DNA of 64,000 nucleotides from Promethearchaeota archaeon (GTDB lineage Archaea > Asgardarchaeota > Lokiarchaeia > Sigyniarchaeales > SOKP01): positions 32,001 to 96,000 of the forward strand of contig JAGXNO010000005.1 of the NCBI GenBank assembly GCA_019894975.1, written 5' to 3'. The position numbers and the translations under genes are program-made. The notes beneath the pieces were generated by a model that worked only from the letters and a program-made list of their open reading frames with translations, did no database searches and had not been told where the DNA came from. Of the stretch, positions 10,084-20,736 are shown piece by piece. Each line of letters starts with the position of its first letter. Within the stretch, counting starts at the first letter, position 1.

Positions 10084-10959
10084 ATGGTAAATGATCTTTC
10101 AAATAAGTTAGTGATAAGTGCCGCATTAGCAGGTTCTATGACTATGAAAAGCCAAAATCCTGCAGTTCCTTATACACCTGAAGAATTTGGGGAAGAAGCA
10201 AAAAAATGTTTCGATGCTGGAGCTACAACAGTACACATCCATGCAAGAGATCCAGCAACGGGATTTTCTACTCCTGATTTAGATCGTATAAGAGCCGTTG
10301 TGAGTGCTATTCATGATAAAGCACCAGAAATAATAATAAATATAACAAGTTCTGTAGGTGCTACAGTTGAACAAAGAGTTGCTCCTACGAAGACATTTAA
10401 ACCATTATTAGCCTCACTTAATACTAATTCAATGAACTTTAGCTTAGGTAATTTCAAAACAGGTGAGGTTGTAGCAAATGCAGATGGTGTATTTAGGAAT
10501 ACATTTCATATAATTCAAATACTCTCTAAAGCTATGAAAGAAGCTAAAACTAAACCAGAATTAGAAATCTATGATTTTGGTGGTTTATACAATATCCTTT
10601 TCCTTGACAAACAAGAAGGGTTATTTGAGCATCCTCTTCATTTTCAGTTTGTTTTTGGAGCCTTGGGTGGTGTCCCATTTGCTCTTCAAAATTTAGCTGG
10701 TTTTCTTAATTTAATGCCCTCTGATTCATCATGGAGTGTATGTGGTGTAGCAAAGGACCAATTTAAAGCCGGATTATGTGCAGCAGCAATGGGAGGACAC
10801 ATACGTGTAGGATTGGAAGATAATATTAGGATGCCAGATGGGGGGAAAGCTAAAGGATCTTGGGAACAAGTAGAATGGGCAGTAAAAGTAACAAAACTAG
10901 CAGGACGAGAAGTAGCTACACCAGATGAGACTCGAAAAATCTTTAATTTGTTACAATAA
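10084..10959 (+). CDS. Beta-keto acid cleavage enzyme (BKACE/Kce, DUF849)
   Basis: NPAVPYTPEE, HIHAR, KPELEIYD, GGHIRVGLEDN (Zn ligands H,H,E), ATPDE.R. Confidence 0.92.
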   Translation: MVNDLSNKLVISAALAGSMTMKSQNPAVPYTPEEFGEEAKKCFDAGATTVHIHARDPATGFSTPDLDRIRAVVSAIHDKAPEIIINITSSVGATVEQRVAPTKTFKPLLASLNTNSMNFSLGNFKTGEVVANADGVFRNTFHIIQILSKAMKEAKTKPELEIYDFGGLYNILFLDKQEGLFEHPLHFQFVFGALGGVPFALQNLAGFLNLMPSDSSWSVCGVAKDQFKAGLCAAAMGGHIRVGLEDNIRMPDGGKAKGSWEQVEWAVKVTKLAGREVATPDETRKIFNLLQ

Positions 10960-11094
10960 TTTGTTATAATTTGCTATTTTACTGGAGAGTACTTTTTATA
11001 ATTACTTTTTAATCCAGTATAAGATGAAATCCTCTATGAGTGTGTATCACATAAAATCAAGAATAATAGAAAAAATAAAAAAAAAATAAAATTT

Positions 11095-11688
11095 TTAGAA
11101 TGTAAATCCTTCAGGTAACTCTGATTCAGGCGTTCCTTCTGGAACAAACATTAAATCCATAATTGTATACGTTGGAGCTTTTGTTCGAAAGATAGGGACA
11201 ACTATATTCCCAATTTCAGGCTCCCCCACAGCAAGAACACTCATAAGAATGGTAACTACCTCTTTATCAAATTCAACATTAATGAATTTTATTGGTAGTG
11301 GGAGTGAGTTGAAAGCCCCAGATCGATGAGTTACGATAAAAGAATGGATAGTTGCAGGTTTATCGGATATATCAATAGGTGTTGCTCTTCTCAGGCAATC
11401 AGGACAAAAAATTCTAAAAGGCTCATAAATAGAACCTTTTGTTTCGCATTTATCATTATCACATCTTGAAGCAATGAGTTTACCTTTCCCCAGAGATTCA
11501 AAAAATATAGCTTCACTACCGTAAGAGTGTATATAGGTCATATCACGTGGATTGGTTACACCTGCTAACTTTCCGGTATCCTTGTTAATAATTGGTTGAT
11601 TTGCTTCTGGTACGTGAAATGTTCCTCTTGGCTTGTATCTACCATTGATGATATCAACAAAACCTTTCTCATTTTCATTTTTCACCAT
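11095..11688 (-). CDS. Zn-ribbon/OB-fold (DUF35) thiolase partner
   Basis: RCDNDKC...EPFRIFCPDC plus OB fold; directly downstream of a thiolase-fold gene. Confidence 0.82.
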   Translation of the reverse strand: MVKNENEKGFVDIINGRYKPRGTFHVPEANQPIINKDTGKLAGVTNPRDMTYIHSYGSEAIFFESLGKGKLIASRCDNDKCETKGSIYEPFRIFCPDCLRRATPIDISDKPATIHSFIVTHRSGAFNSLPLPIKFINVEFDKEVVTILMSVLAVGEPEIGNIVVPIFRTKAPTYTIMDLMFVPEGTPESELPEGFTF

Positions 11689-11690
11689 AA

Positions 11691-13112
11691 TTAGTCCTCC
11701 TTTATTAAATTATTTGGATCCATTAAAATAGTACAAGTTACATGGGAACCTACTCCTGCATGGCTTATAGCTAAACCTCTTTTTGCTCCTTTAACTTGTA
11801 AACTCTCCCAATCTTTAGGTTTTTCTCTTCCAAAAGCTTTCCATTTCTCCTCAGGTTCATGGATTTCATCCCAACGATTCCAGATATGATAACCAATCTC
11901 TGCTATTTGCATTAAGCCTGTTGCTCCTACAGCATGCATACATCCTATTAATCCACCACATGGGTTACTAGGTAGTTTTCCCGGTTTCTTTGTTTTTGGG
12001 TTTATAACATAGGCATCTCCGCTTTCGATATATGTTCTTCCATCTCCATAAGGTCTTATTCCAATATCTTCATACGTTTGAATATCACTAATAGTAAAAG
12101 CATCATGAAGCTCAACTACATCTAGATCTTCACTAGGATCTTTCACACCAGCCATATTATAAGCATAGTAAGCAGACATCCTAGCAGCTAAGAAACTTGT
12201 AAATCCTGGATATCGATCTCCTCCTGGAAATCTTTTACCTAAATCATCATATTGACCTTTTGTTTCATTAGGTAATAGTGGAATTTTCATATCACGACGA
12301 TCAGCTACTCTTAAAGTATGACTCCCCGCTGCAATGTAAATCCTCAATGGTTTATCTGTAATTTCATATGCGGTTTTTTCATCGCACACTATTCCGCAAG
12401 CAGAACCAACACTCATTAAACAACAATCTAAGGCACGGAGAGGAAATGCAACTATAGGAGAGTTTTTTACATCATCTATGGTTATTTTCATGGGTCCCTG
12501 AGCGTGAGGATTCATTCTGGCATAACCTCGATTTTTTACTGCTATTTCTGCCATAGTGTCCCTAAAAGAATCTTCTTCCTTCCCAAAAACTTTCCAGTAT
12601 CGTTGAGCCATGACGGCATAATATCCTGTATAAATATGGCCGAGAGGTGTTTCCCAATCTTTATCTGCTGCAGCCGATATAAGATGGTTTCCCTCATCTG
12701 TTGGTACTTCATCCATCCGCTCCCATCCTAATGCCAGAGTACAATCACTATATCCAGATGCCACGGCTTTCACAGCTTCCCACATAGCAGAACCTCCTGT
12801 AGCACCCCCTGTCTTTACACCAACATTTCCTAACGGATCCAATCCGAGTCTATCATGAATTACTGCTTCCCCAAGTAGTTGATCTCCAAAATGATCAGCA
12901 AAATGGCCATAATAACAAGTATGAATATATTGTTTTAATTCGCTTGGAGTCATTTTGACAAAATCCGCTGCTGCTGTTAATGCATCAACACATAGTTCTT
13001 CTGTTCGAGTCTCTGGAAAGGCTCTATCAAATTTTGACATTCCCACCGTAGCTAAGTACACAGGTCGCATTAATTTTGGTATTTTTAATTGTTTTTCGCT
13101 AAATTTAATCAT
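11691..13112 (-). CDS. SCP2-type thiolase-fold protein lacking the nucleophile Cys
   Basis: VKTGGATGG, IAVKNR, LDCC, VELHDAF, NPCGGL..MHAVGATG. Confidence 0.85.
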   Translation of the reverse strand: MIKFSEKQLKIPKLMRPVYLATVGMSKFDRAFPETRTEELCVDALTAAADFVKMTPSELKQYIHTCYYGHFADHFGDQLLGEAVIHDRLGLDPLGNVGVKTGGATGGSAMWEAVKAVASGYSDCTLALGWERMDEVPTDEGNHLISAAADKDWETPLGHIYTGYYAVMAQRYWKVFGKEEDSFRDTMAEIAVKNRGYARMNPHAQGPMKITIDDVKNSPIVAFPLRALDCCLMSVGSACGIVCDEKTAYEITDKPLRIYIAAGSHTLRVADRRDMKIPLLPNETKGQYDDLGKRFPGGDRYPGFTSFLAARMSAYYAYNMAGVKDPSEDLDVVELHDAFTISDIQTYEDIGIRPYGDGRTYIESGDAYVINPKTKKPGKLPSNPCGGLIGCMHAVGATGLMQIAEIGYHIWNRWDEIHEPEEKWKAFGREKPKDWESLQVKGAKRGLAISHAGVGSHVTCTILMDPNNLIKED

Positions 13113-13422
13113 ATTGTTTTCACTTCTTAGAATTTCGATTTATGTGTAAATTTAGAATTTTGTTTTCTAATAAATTTAATATTTTATTGTTATGTTTTAT
13201 TTTGATTAAAAGATTTCTAATTAAAACAGTTGAATTCTAGTGGGAATAAAATCCTATTTCAGATAAAAAGAGAATCTCTGAATATAGTTCTTGTATGAAT
13301 AAAGACTCTAAATCAAATCTATTTTTTAAACAATGTACCATTTATGGATAATGTTAATTTTAAATTCATGTTCAAATAATAAAGTATAATTTTCAAAATT
13401 ACAGATAATCGAATGATATATT

Positions 13423-14757
13423 ATGGATACCAGAATAAGTGAGTTTGAGAAAATCCAGATCCAACGATACGTTCCAGAGTTGGATTTATTAAGCAATCCT
13501 ATATTAAATGCTAAAGAGAAGGAATTCTTAGCAGATCTATATGATTTTATGGAGAAAGAACTTGATCCTGAATTAAGAAAATTGGAGGACCTAAATTATT
13601 TCGTTGAGGAACCAACTCAAGAGCAGAAAAAAGAAATTGTAGTTAATATAATGAAAAAGTTAGCGGAAAATGGATATTATTCAACCATACTTAACACTGA
13701 GAATTATGAAGTTGGGAGAATAACTCGAAATGCCCTCATAGCTTTCGCAATATGTGGTGGTCGATGGAGTGAATATAGTGAAAAATACATAGCTGGGAAC
13801 TACAGTATAGAAATGGGAAGATTATCAGGTGGAACTCTTTATTGCAATCCTGTAAGTTATGCTTCTGATGAGATTCAAAAAGAGAGATTCTTACACCCAG
13901 TGGCTAAAAACGGTCAAATTGGAGCTTCAGCTATGACTGAATTTAATGCAGGTTCAGATATCTTTAGAATGGAAATGAGATTACATGAAAGAGGTAATAA
14001 GTTAATTGCAAAGGGCAAGAAACTTTTTATTACAAACGGGATGATTGCAGATTTCATAGTTTTATATGGAAGGTTAGATAACGGACAATTAGGTGCTGTG
14101 GTTGTTGATACAAATCATCAGAAATTGAAAAACTTTAGGAGTACTAGAGTAAGAACTTATGGGATGACAGATGCGTTTGTAAGTCGTTTAAGTTTTGATA
14201 GAGTTGAACTTCCTAAGGAAAATATGCTTCATGGTCATGGACTTGATATAGCATTTCACCAATTAACTGAAGAAAGATTAGTTATTAGTGCTGAAGCACT
14301 AGGAGACGCCATGAAAAAACTCCTTTATTCTCATGCATATGCACTCCAACGTATGCAATTTGATAAAAGATTACACCAATATCAGGTAATTCGTTTTCCG
14401 ATCTCTCAAAAAATTCGTGAATTAAATTTAATGCTTTCAGCTTTAATCCAATATGCAAGACAGATGGATGAACACCCAGAACTAGGAGGTTCCAAATTAA
14501 TGGCTGCTAATGCAATGGGATTAAAAATCAGTTCAACTGAATTAGGATTTGAAAGTGCTATTCATTGTTTCAGAACCTTAGGTGGACGGGGGTTCACTCG
14601 ACAATATGCCAATGAAATAGGATTGTTAGATCCTTATTGTATGCTTCATGGAGGGGGATCTAATTATGTTTTAGAGGATAGTGAATCTCGTCGATTCTTT
14701 AAACATAAACCTACCAGAAGAGAGGGTGAGGATATTATTCCTAAAATAGACTATTAA
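13423..14757 (+). CDS. Acyl-CoA dehydrogenase family protein
   Basis: AMTEFNAGSD, GKKLFITNG..AD, LTEERL, R.QF...L..YQ, LGGRGF. Confidence 0.88.
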   Translation: MDTRISEFEKIQIQRYVPELDLLSNPILNAKEKEFLADLYDFMEKELDPELRKLEDLNYFVEEPTQEQKKEIVVNIMKKLAENGYYSTILNTENYEVGRITRNALIAFAICGGRWSEYSEKYIAGNYSIEMGRLSGGTLYCNPVSYASDEIQKERFLHPVAKNGQIGASAMTEFNAGSDIFRMEMRLHERGNKLIAKGKKLFITNGMIADFIVLYGRLDNGQLGAVVVDTNHQKLKNFRSTRVRTYGMTDAFVSRLSFDRVELPKENMLHGHGLDIAFHQLTEERLVISAEALGDAMKKLLYSHAYALQRMQFDKRLHQYQVIRFPISQKIRELNLMLSALIQYARQMDEHPELGGSKLMAANAMGLKISSTELGFESAIHCFRTLGGRGFTRQYANEIGLLDPYCMLHGGGSNYVLEDSESRRFFKHKPTRREGEDIIPKIDY

Positions 14758-14885
14758 AGAAGATCTTTTGGAAGCTAATTAGATTTACTTTTTTCTTTAA
14801 ATTATTTATTTCTAATGGATTTTAGTTTTATTATAAACCTTAAGAGAATAAATTATTAAATACTATATCCTAATTATTATAGATA

Positions 14886-15863
14886 ATGGCTTCTCACAAC
14901 TCTCTAACTTTTGATGTCACTGATTTGGTGGAACAATATCGCGGTATGAAATTAGAGGAAATATATCAAGAAAATCATCAGATAAGAGCAAACGCCATGG
15001 GAACGTTCATGGAATTAATATGGGAAGAAGATGATTTTCCTTGTAGCTTGAAGCTACATCAAACTAGAAAAAAGCTGCTTTATAACCTCAAAACAGTTCA
15101 TTACATTGGAGAATTTGTAGAAAATAGGTTAAAAGGTAGAGGTATAAGAACATTAAAAGATTTAAGGTTTTTAAATTTAAAGTATAGTACTTCTGCTAAC
15201 TCTCTTTTAAAGTTAATTGATCAAAAGGATTTTAATGCCTTGAAAAATAATAAATACATTGACGATTTAGATGTAAGCTTCTGTTTTGAGGTAGAAGATC
15301 TACTCTTTCTTGATATTGAAACCTTAGGTTTATTTAACAACGCAATAATTATTTTAGGGATTGGTTTTTTTAGAAATACGAAATACGAGATTCATTTATT
15401 TTTTGCTCGGAGCCTTGAAGAGGAAATCGCAATCTGTGAACACTTGAGAACGGAAATTCTTCCTCATTTTAAGTGTTTCGTTTCTTATAATGGAAAACGT
15501 TTTGATATCCCTTACATAGCAAATCGTTTCCTCTATTACTTTGATGAAAATCCCATGATCTCAAAAGAAGATATCCCTTATGAGGTAAATAATACTCAAT
15601 TTCATCATATAGATCTTTATCACATAGCTCGAAAAAGACTCAAAGGAATGTTTGAAAGGTTTACTCTTACGAACATTGAAGAAGAACTTCTTGATATGAG
15701 GAGAGAAAATGAGCTTCCGAGTTCAATGGTTCCATTGTGTTATAAAAAGTATCAAGCAAACCCCGGAAGATACATTGGATTAGTTAAAGAATGCATTGAA
15801 CATAATTACTATGACGTTTATTCAATGCCATTAATCTTCCAAAAACTGCTGAATACAAAATAA
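14886..15863 (+). CDS. RNase H-like DEDD exonuclease (YprB/RNase_H_2) with N-terminal helix-hairpin-helix
   Basis: FLDIETLG, SYNGKRFDIPY, HIDLYH, HNYYDV; HhH-like VHYIGEFVENRLKGRGIRTLKDL. Confidence 0.85.
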   Translation: MASHNSLTFDVTDLVEQYRGMKLEEIYQENHQIRANAMGTFMELIWEEDDFPCSLKLHQTRKKLLYNLKTVHYIGEFVENRLKGRGIRTLKDLRFLNLKYSTSANSLLKLIDQKDFNALKNNKYIDDLDVSFCFEVEDLLFLDIETLGLFNNAIIILGIGFFRNTKYEIHLFFARSLEEEIAICEHLRTEILPHFKCFVSYNGKRFDIPYIANRFLYYFDENPMISKEDIPYEVNNTQFHHIDLYHIARKRLKGMFERFTLTNIEEELLDMRRENELPSSMVPLCYKKYQANPGRYIGLVKECIEHNYYDVYSMPLIFQKLLNTK

Positions 15864-15930
15864 AAGAACCTAATTAGCGAATTCGAGCATTAAAATTATA
15901 GTGCTATAGAAAAGTAGAAAATTTTTGAAT

Positions 15931-16314
15931 TTAATTTTTTAAAATATGTTCAACTATCTTAGAAACTTCATCATCTTTAAAAGGTTTTGTAATATATTCT
16001 TTTGCTCCTTTCTCCATAGCCTCAGCAACTGAGAGTTCTTGGCCCATCGCACTAACAACCACAATCTTTGCAGATTTATCAATTTTCATTATGGCGTCAA
16101 TTGCTTGAAGTCCATCATAATTAGGCATTACTAGATCCATAGTTACTAAATCTGGTTTTAGATCTTTATATAAGGAAACAGCATCTTCTCCATTTGAGGC
16201 TTCTCCTACGACTTCAGCAAATTTAATCTTATCTATTATTTTTTTAAGTCTATTTCTTACGTAGGTAGCATCATCAACAATTAATATCTTCTTCATCGAC
16301 ATTTTTGCTAACAA
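15931..16314 (-). CDS. Stand-alone CheY-like response regulator
   Basis: ILIVDDA, phosphoacceptor in LVTMDLVMP, VVSA, KPF. Confidence 0.92.
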   Translation of the reverse strand: MLAKMSMKKILIVDDATYVRNRLKKIIDKIKFAEVVGEASNGEDAVSLYKDLKPDLVTMDLVMPNYDGLQAIDAIMKIDKSAKIVVVSAMGQELSVAEAMEKGAKEYITKPFKDDEVSKIVEHILKN

Positions 16315-16515
16315 CCTTTATTGATAATAATTAGCGTATTAAGACTTTAAATTAGTAAAAGAACTTTTTTATAAACTTATCTTATAGCTAAAAATTACGT
16401 TATACTAATTAGTACATGGAATGAAAAATTGAATTTAACATCAGAAAATACAATAGAACTCATTTAATATAGTTGATTAAAGTAAGTTTAATTACAAAAT
16501 AATCACTTTACAATT

Positions 16516-18207
16516 TTGATATTAATGACTATGATAGAAGAGAAATTATTTGATCAATGTTGGAATTATAAAAACCGCAATGAAATACTCAAAAGACTTC
16601 GAGAGACTCATTATGATATTATTGTAATTGGTGCGGGAATTACAGGATCGGGAGTAGCACGAGAAGCTTCTATTAGAGGACTGAAAGTTGCTGTTGTAGA
16701 TAAACAAGATTTTGCTGCTGGAACATCCTCAAGAAGTTCGAAGCTAGCTCATGGAGGTATAAGATATCTCGGACTTGGGGAGATGGATATAGTCCGAGAA
16801 TCTACAACAGAAAGAAATTGGATGAGAACACATATCCCACATCTAGTAAGACCGATACCTTTCCTTTTTGTTGCAATTGAGGGTGGAAAGTATAAAAAGC
16901 GAGATATAACTGGTGCTTGTAAAATTTATGATTTCTTAGGTGAAGATAAGTCTGATTTCAAAAATTATAGAAAACATAAATGGTATTCCCCTGAAAAAAT
17001 TTATGAGATGGAACCAGAGTTCATTAGAGAAGGTAATAATGGTGGTGCAGTCTATTATGATAACAATGTTGATGATGCAAGATTAACAATTGAGACTTTA
17101 AAAGAAGCTATTATTAGAGACGCAGATGCAATTAATTACTGTAAAGTGACTGGCTATCTTAAGGAAAAGGGTAATATTCAAGGTGTAAAGTGTACAGATT
17201 TGGAAAAAGGATCTGATTTTGAAATAAAGGGGACTTTGGTGGTAAATGCTACAGGAATTTGGACTGATGAATTATTAGAAAATTATCCTGAAGATATACC
17301 CAAACCATTAATTCGTCCTACTAAAGGGGTTCATCTACAATTTAAAAGAGAACATGTTAAAAATAATATGGCTACAATAATCCGCTCTATTTCTGATGAG
17401 AGAGTTTTTTTTGTCCTTCCTCGAAACGAAAATTTTACGATAATAGGAACAACTGATACAGATTATAAGGGTGATCTGGAAAATCCATTCTGTAACAAGG
17501 ATGATGCGGATTACTTATTAAATTCAGTGAAACATTATTTTCCTAATGCGGATCTAGATTATGATAAGATTTTATCTACATATGCAGGGATCAGACCCTT
17601 AGTTATGCAAAAAGGTAAATCTGAGAGTCAAATCTCCCGAAAACATACAATCTTTTTCTCAAATGATGGCTTGTTAACGATAACAGGAGGAAAACTAACT
17701 GCATTTAGGAGTATGGCTGAAGATTTATTTAAAAAAATTGAGGAAACAGAGTTATTTCCGAATATCGGTAGGGAGAATAATTTTTCAAAACAAAAGTATT
17801 TAATTTCCTTGGATACACAAGATTGGCATGAACACTTGAAAAATTCAGGTATAAACTTGGAAAAAAATGTAGCTGATCATATTTATCAACAGTATGGAAA
17901 GGGGGCTTTAAAAATTCTTGAAATTATAAAGGAAAATGAATCATATAAAGAAAAAATCATTGATGATAATTATTTTATTAAAGCTGAGATAATATATTGT
18001 TTGAGGTACGAATTAACACAACATTTAAGTGATCTTTTTTGCCGTCGAACAGAGATGTCACTCTGGATTAGTCATAAAAGTGCAAAAGAAGCGGCTACAA
18101 CGGTTGCTAATATAATGGCTACGGAATACAGCTGGGATGAAGATAAGAAGAAGCATGAAATAACTGCTTACATTAAATATGTGGAAAAAACAGTTTCATT
18201 CACCTAA
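16516..18207 (+). CDS. glpD: FAD-dependent glycerol-3-phosphate dehydrogenase/oxidase
   Basis: IGAGITG, DFAAGTSSRSSKLAHGGIRYL, DDARL, IGTTDTDY, AGIRPL, ITGGKLT. Confidence 0.92.
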   Translation: MILMTMIEEKLFDQCWNYKNRNEILKRLRETHYDIIVIGAGITGSGVAREASIRGLKVAVVDKQDFAAGTSSRSSKLAHGGIRYLGLGEMDIVRESTTERNWMRTHIPHLVRPIPFLFVAIEGGKYKKRDITGACKIYDFLGEDKSDFKNYRKHKWYSPEKIYEMEPEFIREGNNGGAVYYDNNVDDARLTIETLKEAIIRDADAINYCKVTGYLKEKGNIQGVKCTDLEKGSDFEIKGTLVVNATGIWTDELLENYPEDIPKPLIRPTKGVHLQFKREHVKNNMATIIRSISDERVFFVLPRNENFTIIGTTDTDYKGDLENPFCNKDDADYLLNSVKHYFPNADLDYDKILSTYAGIRPLVMQKGKSESQISRKHTIFFSNDGLLTITGGKLTAFRSMAEDLFKKIEETELFPNIGRENNFSKQKYLISLDTQDWHEHLKNSGINLEKNVADHIYQQYGKGALKILEIIKENESYKEKIIDDNYFIKAEIIYCLRYELTQHLSDLFCRRTEMSLWISHKSAKEAATTVANIMATEYSWDEDKKKHEITAYIKYVEKTVSFT

Positions 18208-18220
18208 ATATTTACATCTG

Positions 18221-18232
18221 TTTTTTTTTTTT
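18221..18232 (+). terminator. T12 tract downstream of glpD; probable terminator
   Basis: 12 consecutive T starting 14 nt after the stop codon. Confidence 0.55.
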
Positions 18233-18320
18233 AAATATTGGACTATATATTTTTAATATATATTGTTTTATATATTCATTATAGTAACATATCCAAAATT
18301 AAATTAAAAAGTGATATAAA

Positions 18321-18998
18321 GTGATTTTTGCTTGGGATTTTAAGGAAAACCTTTTGATACCCTTAGGAGAATTAGGTGGTTTTTTCATGTTACTTTTAGG
18401 AATTATATGGTTACTTTATGCCGTATATGAAACTAAGAGGAGGAAATCATTTAAAAAGAGAAAAGTGGAAGACTGGGATTTCGATATGACTAAATTTCTG
18501 AAAGGATTAACATATATTGGATTTATCGTTGGTTTACTATGCATTGTTTCGGGAGTATCTGGATTAATGTTTGATATTCCTCCCAGTGTAGCATATAGAG
18601 CCTTTGAACCACCACCTGGTAGTCGTAATCTTTTTACCTCTATTTTGTTAATCGTATTTGGAATTCTAACATTTGTAAAACCGGCAAACGATCTTCCTCT
18701 TGCTAGTATAGTGGGGATGTTAGCCGCAACTCTTGTAGTAATTTTATTAGCTCTTCTCATTCCACAAACTGTAATAGATGTAATTGCGGCATTTATAGAT
18801 CCAAAAATCTTGCTGTCAATAATATTTATAATCATATTTGCAATTATAGCCCTTACAGCGAAATTTTATACAGCGGGTTTTATGGCGGTTTCTAAGGCAC
18901 TTTCATGGCCTCCTTTAGCCGTTATTCTTGCGGTTTTTTGCTTACTTCAAGGATTTCTATTAGTGGTAATAGGAGTCTCAATTTCAGGGGTATTCTAA
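18321..18998 (+). CDS. Uncharacterised multi-pass membrane protein (~6 TM)
   Basis: Alternating hydrophobic helices with a basic cytoplasmic loop; T-tract after the stop. Confidence 0.75.
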   Translation: MIFAWDFKENLLIPLGELGGFFMLLLGIIWLLYAVYETKRRKSFKKRKVEDWDFDMTKFLKGLTYIGFIVGLLCIVSGVSGLMFDIPPSVAYRAFEPPPGSRNLFTSILLIVFGILTFVKPANDLPLASIVGMLAATLVVILLALLIPQTVIDVIAAFIDPKILLSIIFIIIFAIIALTAKFYTAGFMAVSKALSWPPLAVILAVFCLLQGFLLVVIGVSISGVF

Positions 18999-19027
18999 TA
19001 CAAATTTTTTTTTAATTTTTTTAATTG

Positions 19028-20140
19028 TTAGAAGAAGCTAAATCTATGAGAGGAATTTTGATTAATTTTCCCAATAATATCATTTTTCAAATCATATGCA
19101 CAATTTGGGCATTTCTTATCTTCAGTAACATCTATTTTCTTAAATGTATATCCTCTTCTCTCAAATAACAAATATCCACAATTAGGACAATATGTGTTAC
19201 CTCCTTGTTCATGGTTTATATTTCCTATATAGGGAAAATACAATCCTTTTTCTTTTGCAATATTATACGCCATGTTAAGAGTTTTGAAAGGTGTTCTTTT
19301 CTCAGAAGGTGCTTTAAAATCAGGATGATACGCAGAAAAATGAGTTGGGGTATCTTTTCCTAAGTTCTCTACAATCCAATTACACAATTTCTCAATATCT
19401 TGTTTACTATCATTCAAATCGGGAATGATTAAATTTGTAATTTCGACATGCATACCATTCCTTTTAAAGTATTCCGTGGTATTTAGAACCGGTTGAACAG
19501 ACTTAACACCACATATTTTTTTATAAAATTCATCTGACATTGCTTTAATGTCAATATTAGCAGCATCAATCCCTACATCTACTAGTTCTTTGGAAGCTTC
19601 TGGAGTGGAGTAGCCATTTGTGACCAAAATTGTTTTGATTTCTTTTTCTTTAAGTAACCGTGCCGTATCCAATACCCATTCGTGCCAAATCAAAGGTTCA
19701 TTATAAGTGTATGCTAAGGTCCTTGCCCCACTCTTAACAACCTTGTTTACCAACTGTTCAGGAGTCATCTCAACCAATGACATTCCCCGTCCATTTAATC
19801 CATCTTGATCATAAAATCCATTCTTTCCATTATCTCTGGGATTTGCTTGTGAAATTGACCAATTTTGACAATTTTGACATTTAAAAGAACATCCAATAGA
19901 TGCAATAGAGTAAGCTGTAGCCCCTGGCCAGAAATTGTAGAGCGGTTTTTTTTCTATAGGATCCAAACTACCTGAAGATATATGGGAACCATAAATTAGA
20001 GTATATAATTTTCCATCGAAATTCTTTCTTGTTCGACAAATACCTACTTTACCTGAAAATATAACACATTCATTAGCACATACATGACATTTAACTTTTT
20101 TATCATCCAAACTTTCCCATAATCTTGCAATAACTTTCAA
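19028..20140 (-). CDS. AmmeMemoRadiSam-system radical SAM enzyme (PFL-activase-like)
   Basis: N-terminal C..C...C/GICR, DPIEKKPLY.F.PG, CSFKCQNC, YTYNEP, C-terminal CPNC x2. Confidence 0.9.
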   Translation of the reverse strand: MKVIARLWESLDDKKVKCHVCANECVIFSGKVGICRTRKNFDGKLYTLIYGSHISSGSLDPIEKKPLYNFWPGATAYSIASIGCSFKCQNCQNWSISQANPRDNGKNGFYDQDGLNGRGMSLVEMTPEQLVNKVVKSGARTLAYTYNEPLIWHEWVLDTARLLKEKEIKTILVTNGYSTPEASKELVDVGIDAANIDIKAMSDEFYKKICGVKSVQPVLNTTEYFKRNGMHVEITNLIIPDLNDSKQDIEKLCNWIVENLGKDTPTHFSAYHPDFKAPSEKRTPFKTLNMAYNIAKEKGLYFPYIGNINHEQGGNTYCPNCGYLLFERRGYTFKKIDVTEDKKCPNCAYDLKNDIIGKINQNSSHRFSFF

Positions 20141-20262
20141 AAAAAATACATTCTCCGGATTATTATTTAACTTCCATATCTCTAGATATATAATAGATAT
20201 GAAATGTTATAATTCTTATACATATAGATATTAGTTTATGAAACAAAAAGGAGCTAATTGAA

Positions 20263-20697
20263 ATGTCAAAAGTAGAAGAAGCTATTTCTTATTTTAAGGA
20301 TAAATATAACTGCGCTCAATCAATACTTGGACCATTTTGTGTTCAATATGGATTAGATAAAAATACTGCTCTAAAACTAGCCACAGGTTTTGGAGGGGGA
20401 ATGGCTGGTTTTGGTAGAACTTGTGGTGTCGTGTCTGGAGCCTATATGGTTATTGGATTAAAACATGGTATGGGAATTAAAGATGATATAAAATTGAAAG
20501 AAAAGACTTATCAGTTAATACAAGAATTTTCTCGTCGATTTACAGATATCCATGATTCTGTTATTTGTAGAGAATTACTTGGTTGTGACATAGGTACAAC
20601 TGAAGGTAAGCAATTTTATAGTCAAAATGAATTATTTGAGAAAAATTGTCTCCAGTATGTTAAAAACGCAGTAGAAATTTTAGAAGATATTCTCTAA
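20263..20697 (+). CDS. C_GCAxxG_C_C family putative redox protein
   Basis: YNCAQS, GFGGGM, TCGVVSG, CRELLG, terminal Cys. Confidence 0.9.
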   Translation: MSKVEEAISYFKDKYNCAQSILGPFCVQYGLDKNTALKLATGFGGGMAGFGRTCGVVSGAYMVIGLKHGMGIKDDIKLKEKTYQLIQEFSRRFTDIHDSVICRELLGCDIGTTEGKQFYSQNELFEKNCLQYVKNAVEILEDIL

Positions 20698-20736
20698 TTA
20701 AATTAGATCAAAGAATTACTAGAAATACAAGACATA

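Noticed and set aside
14886-15863. DEDD nuclease as a Cas or defence component
   Set aside because: Motifs fit the YprB/RNase_H_2 family and there are no cas or defence neighbours
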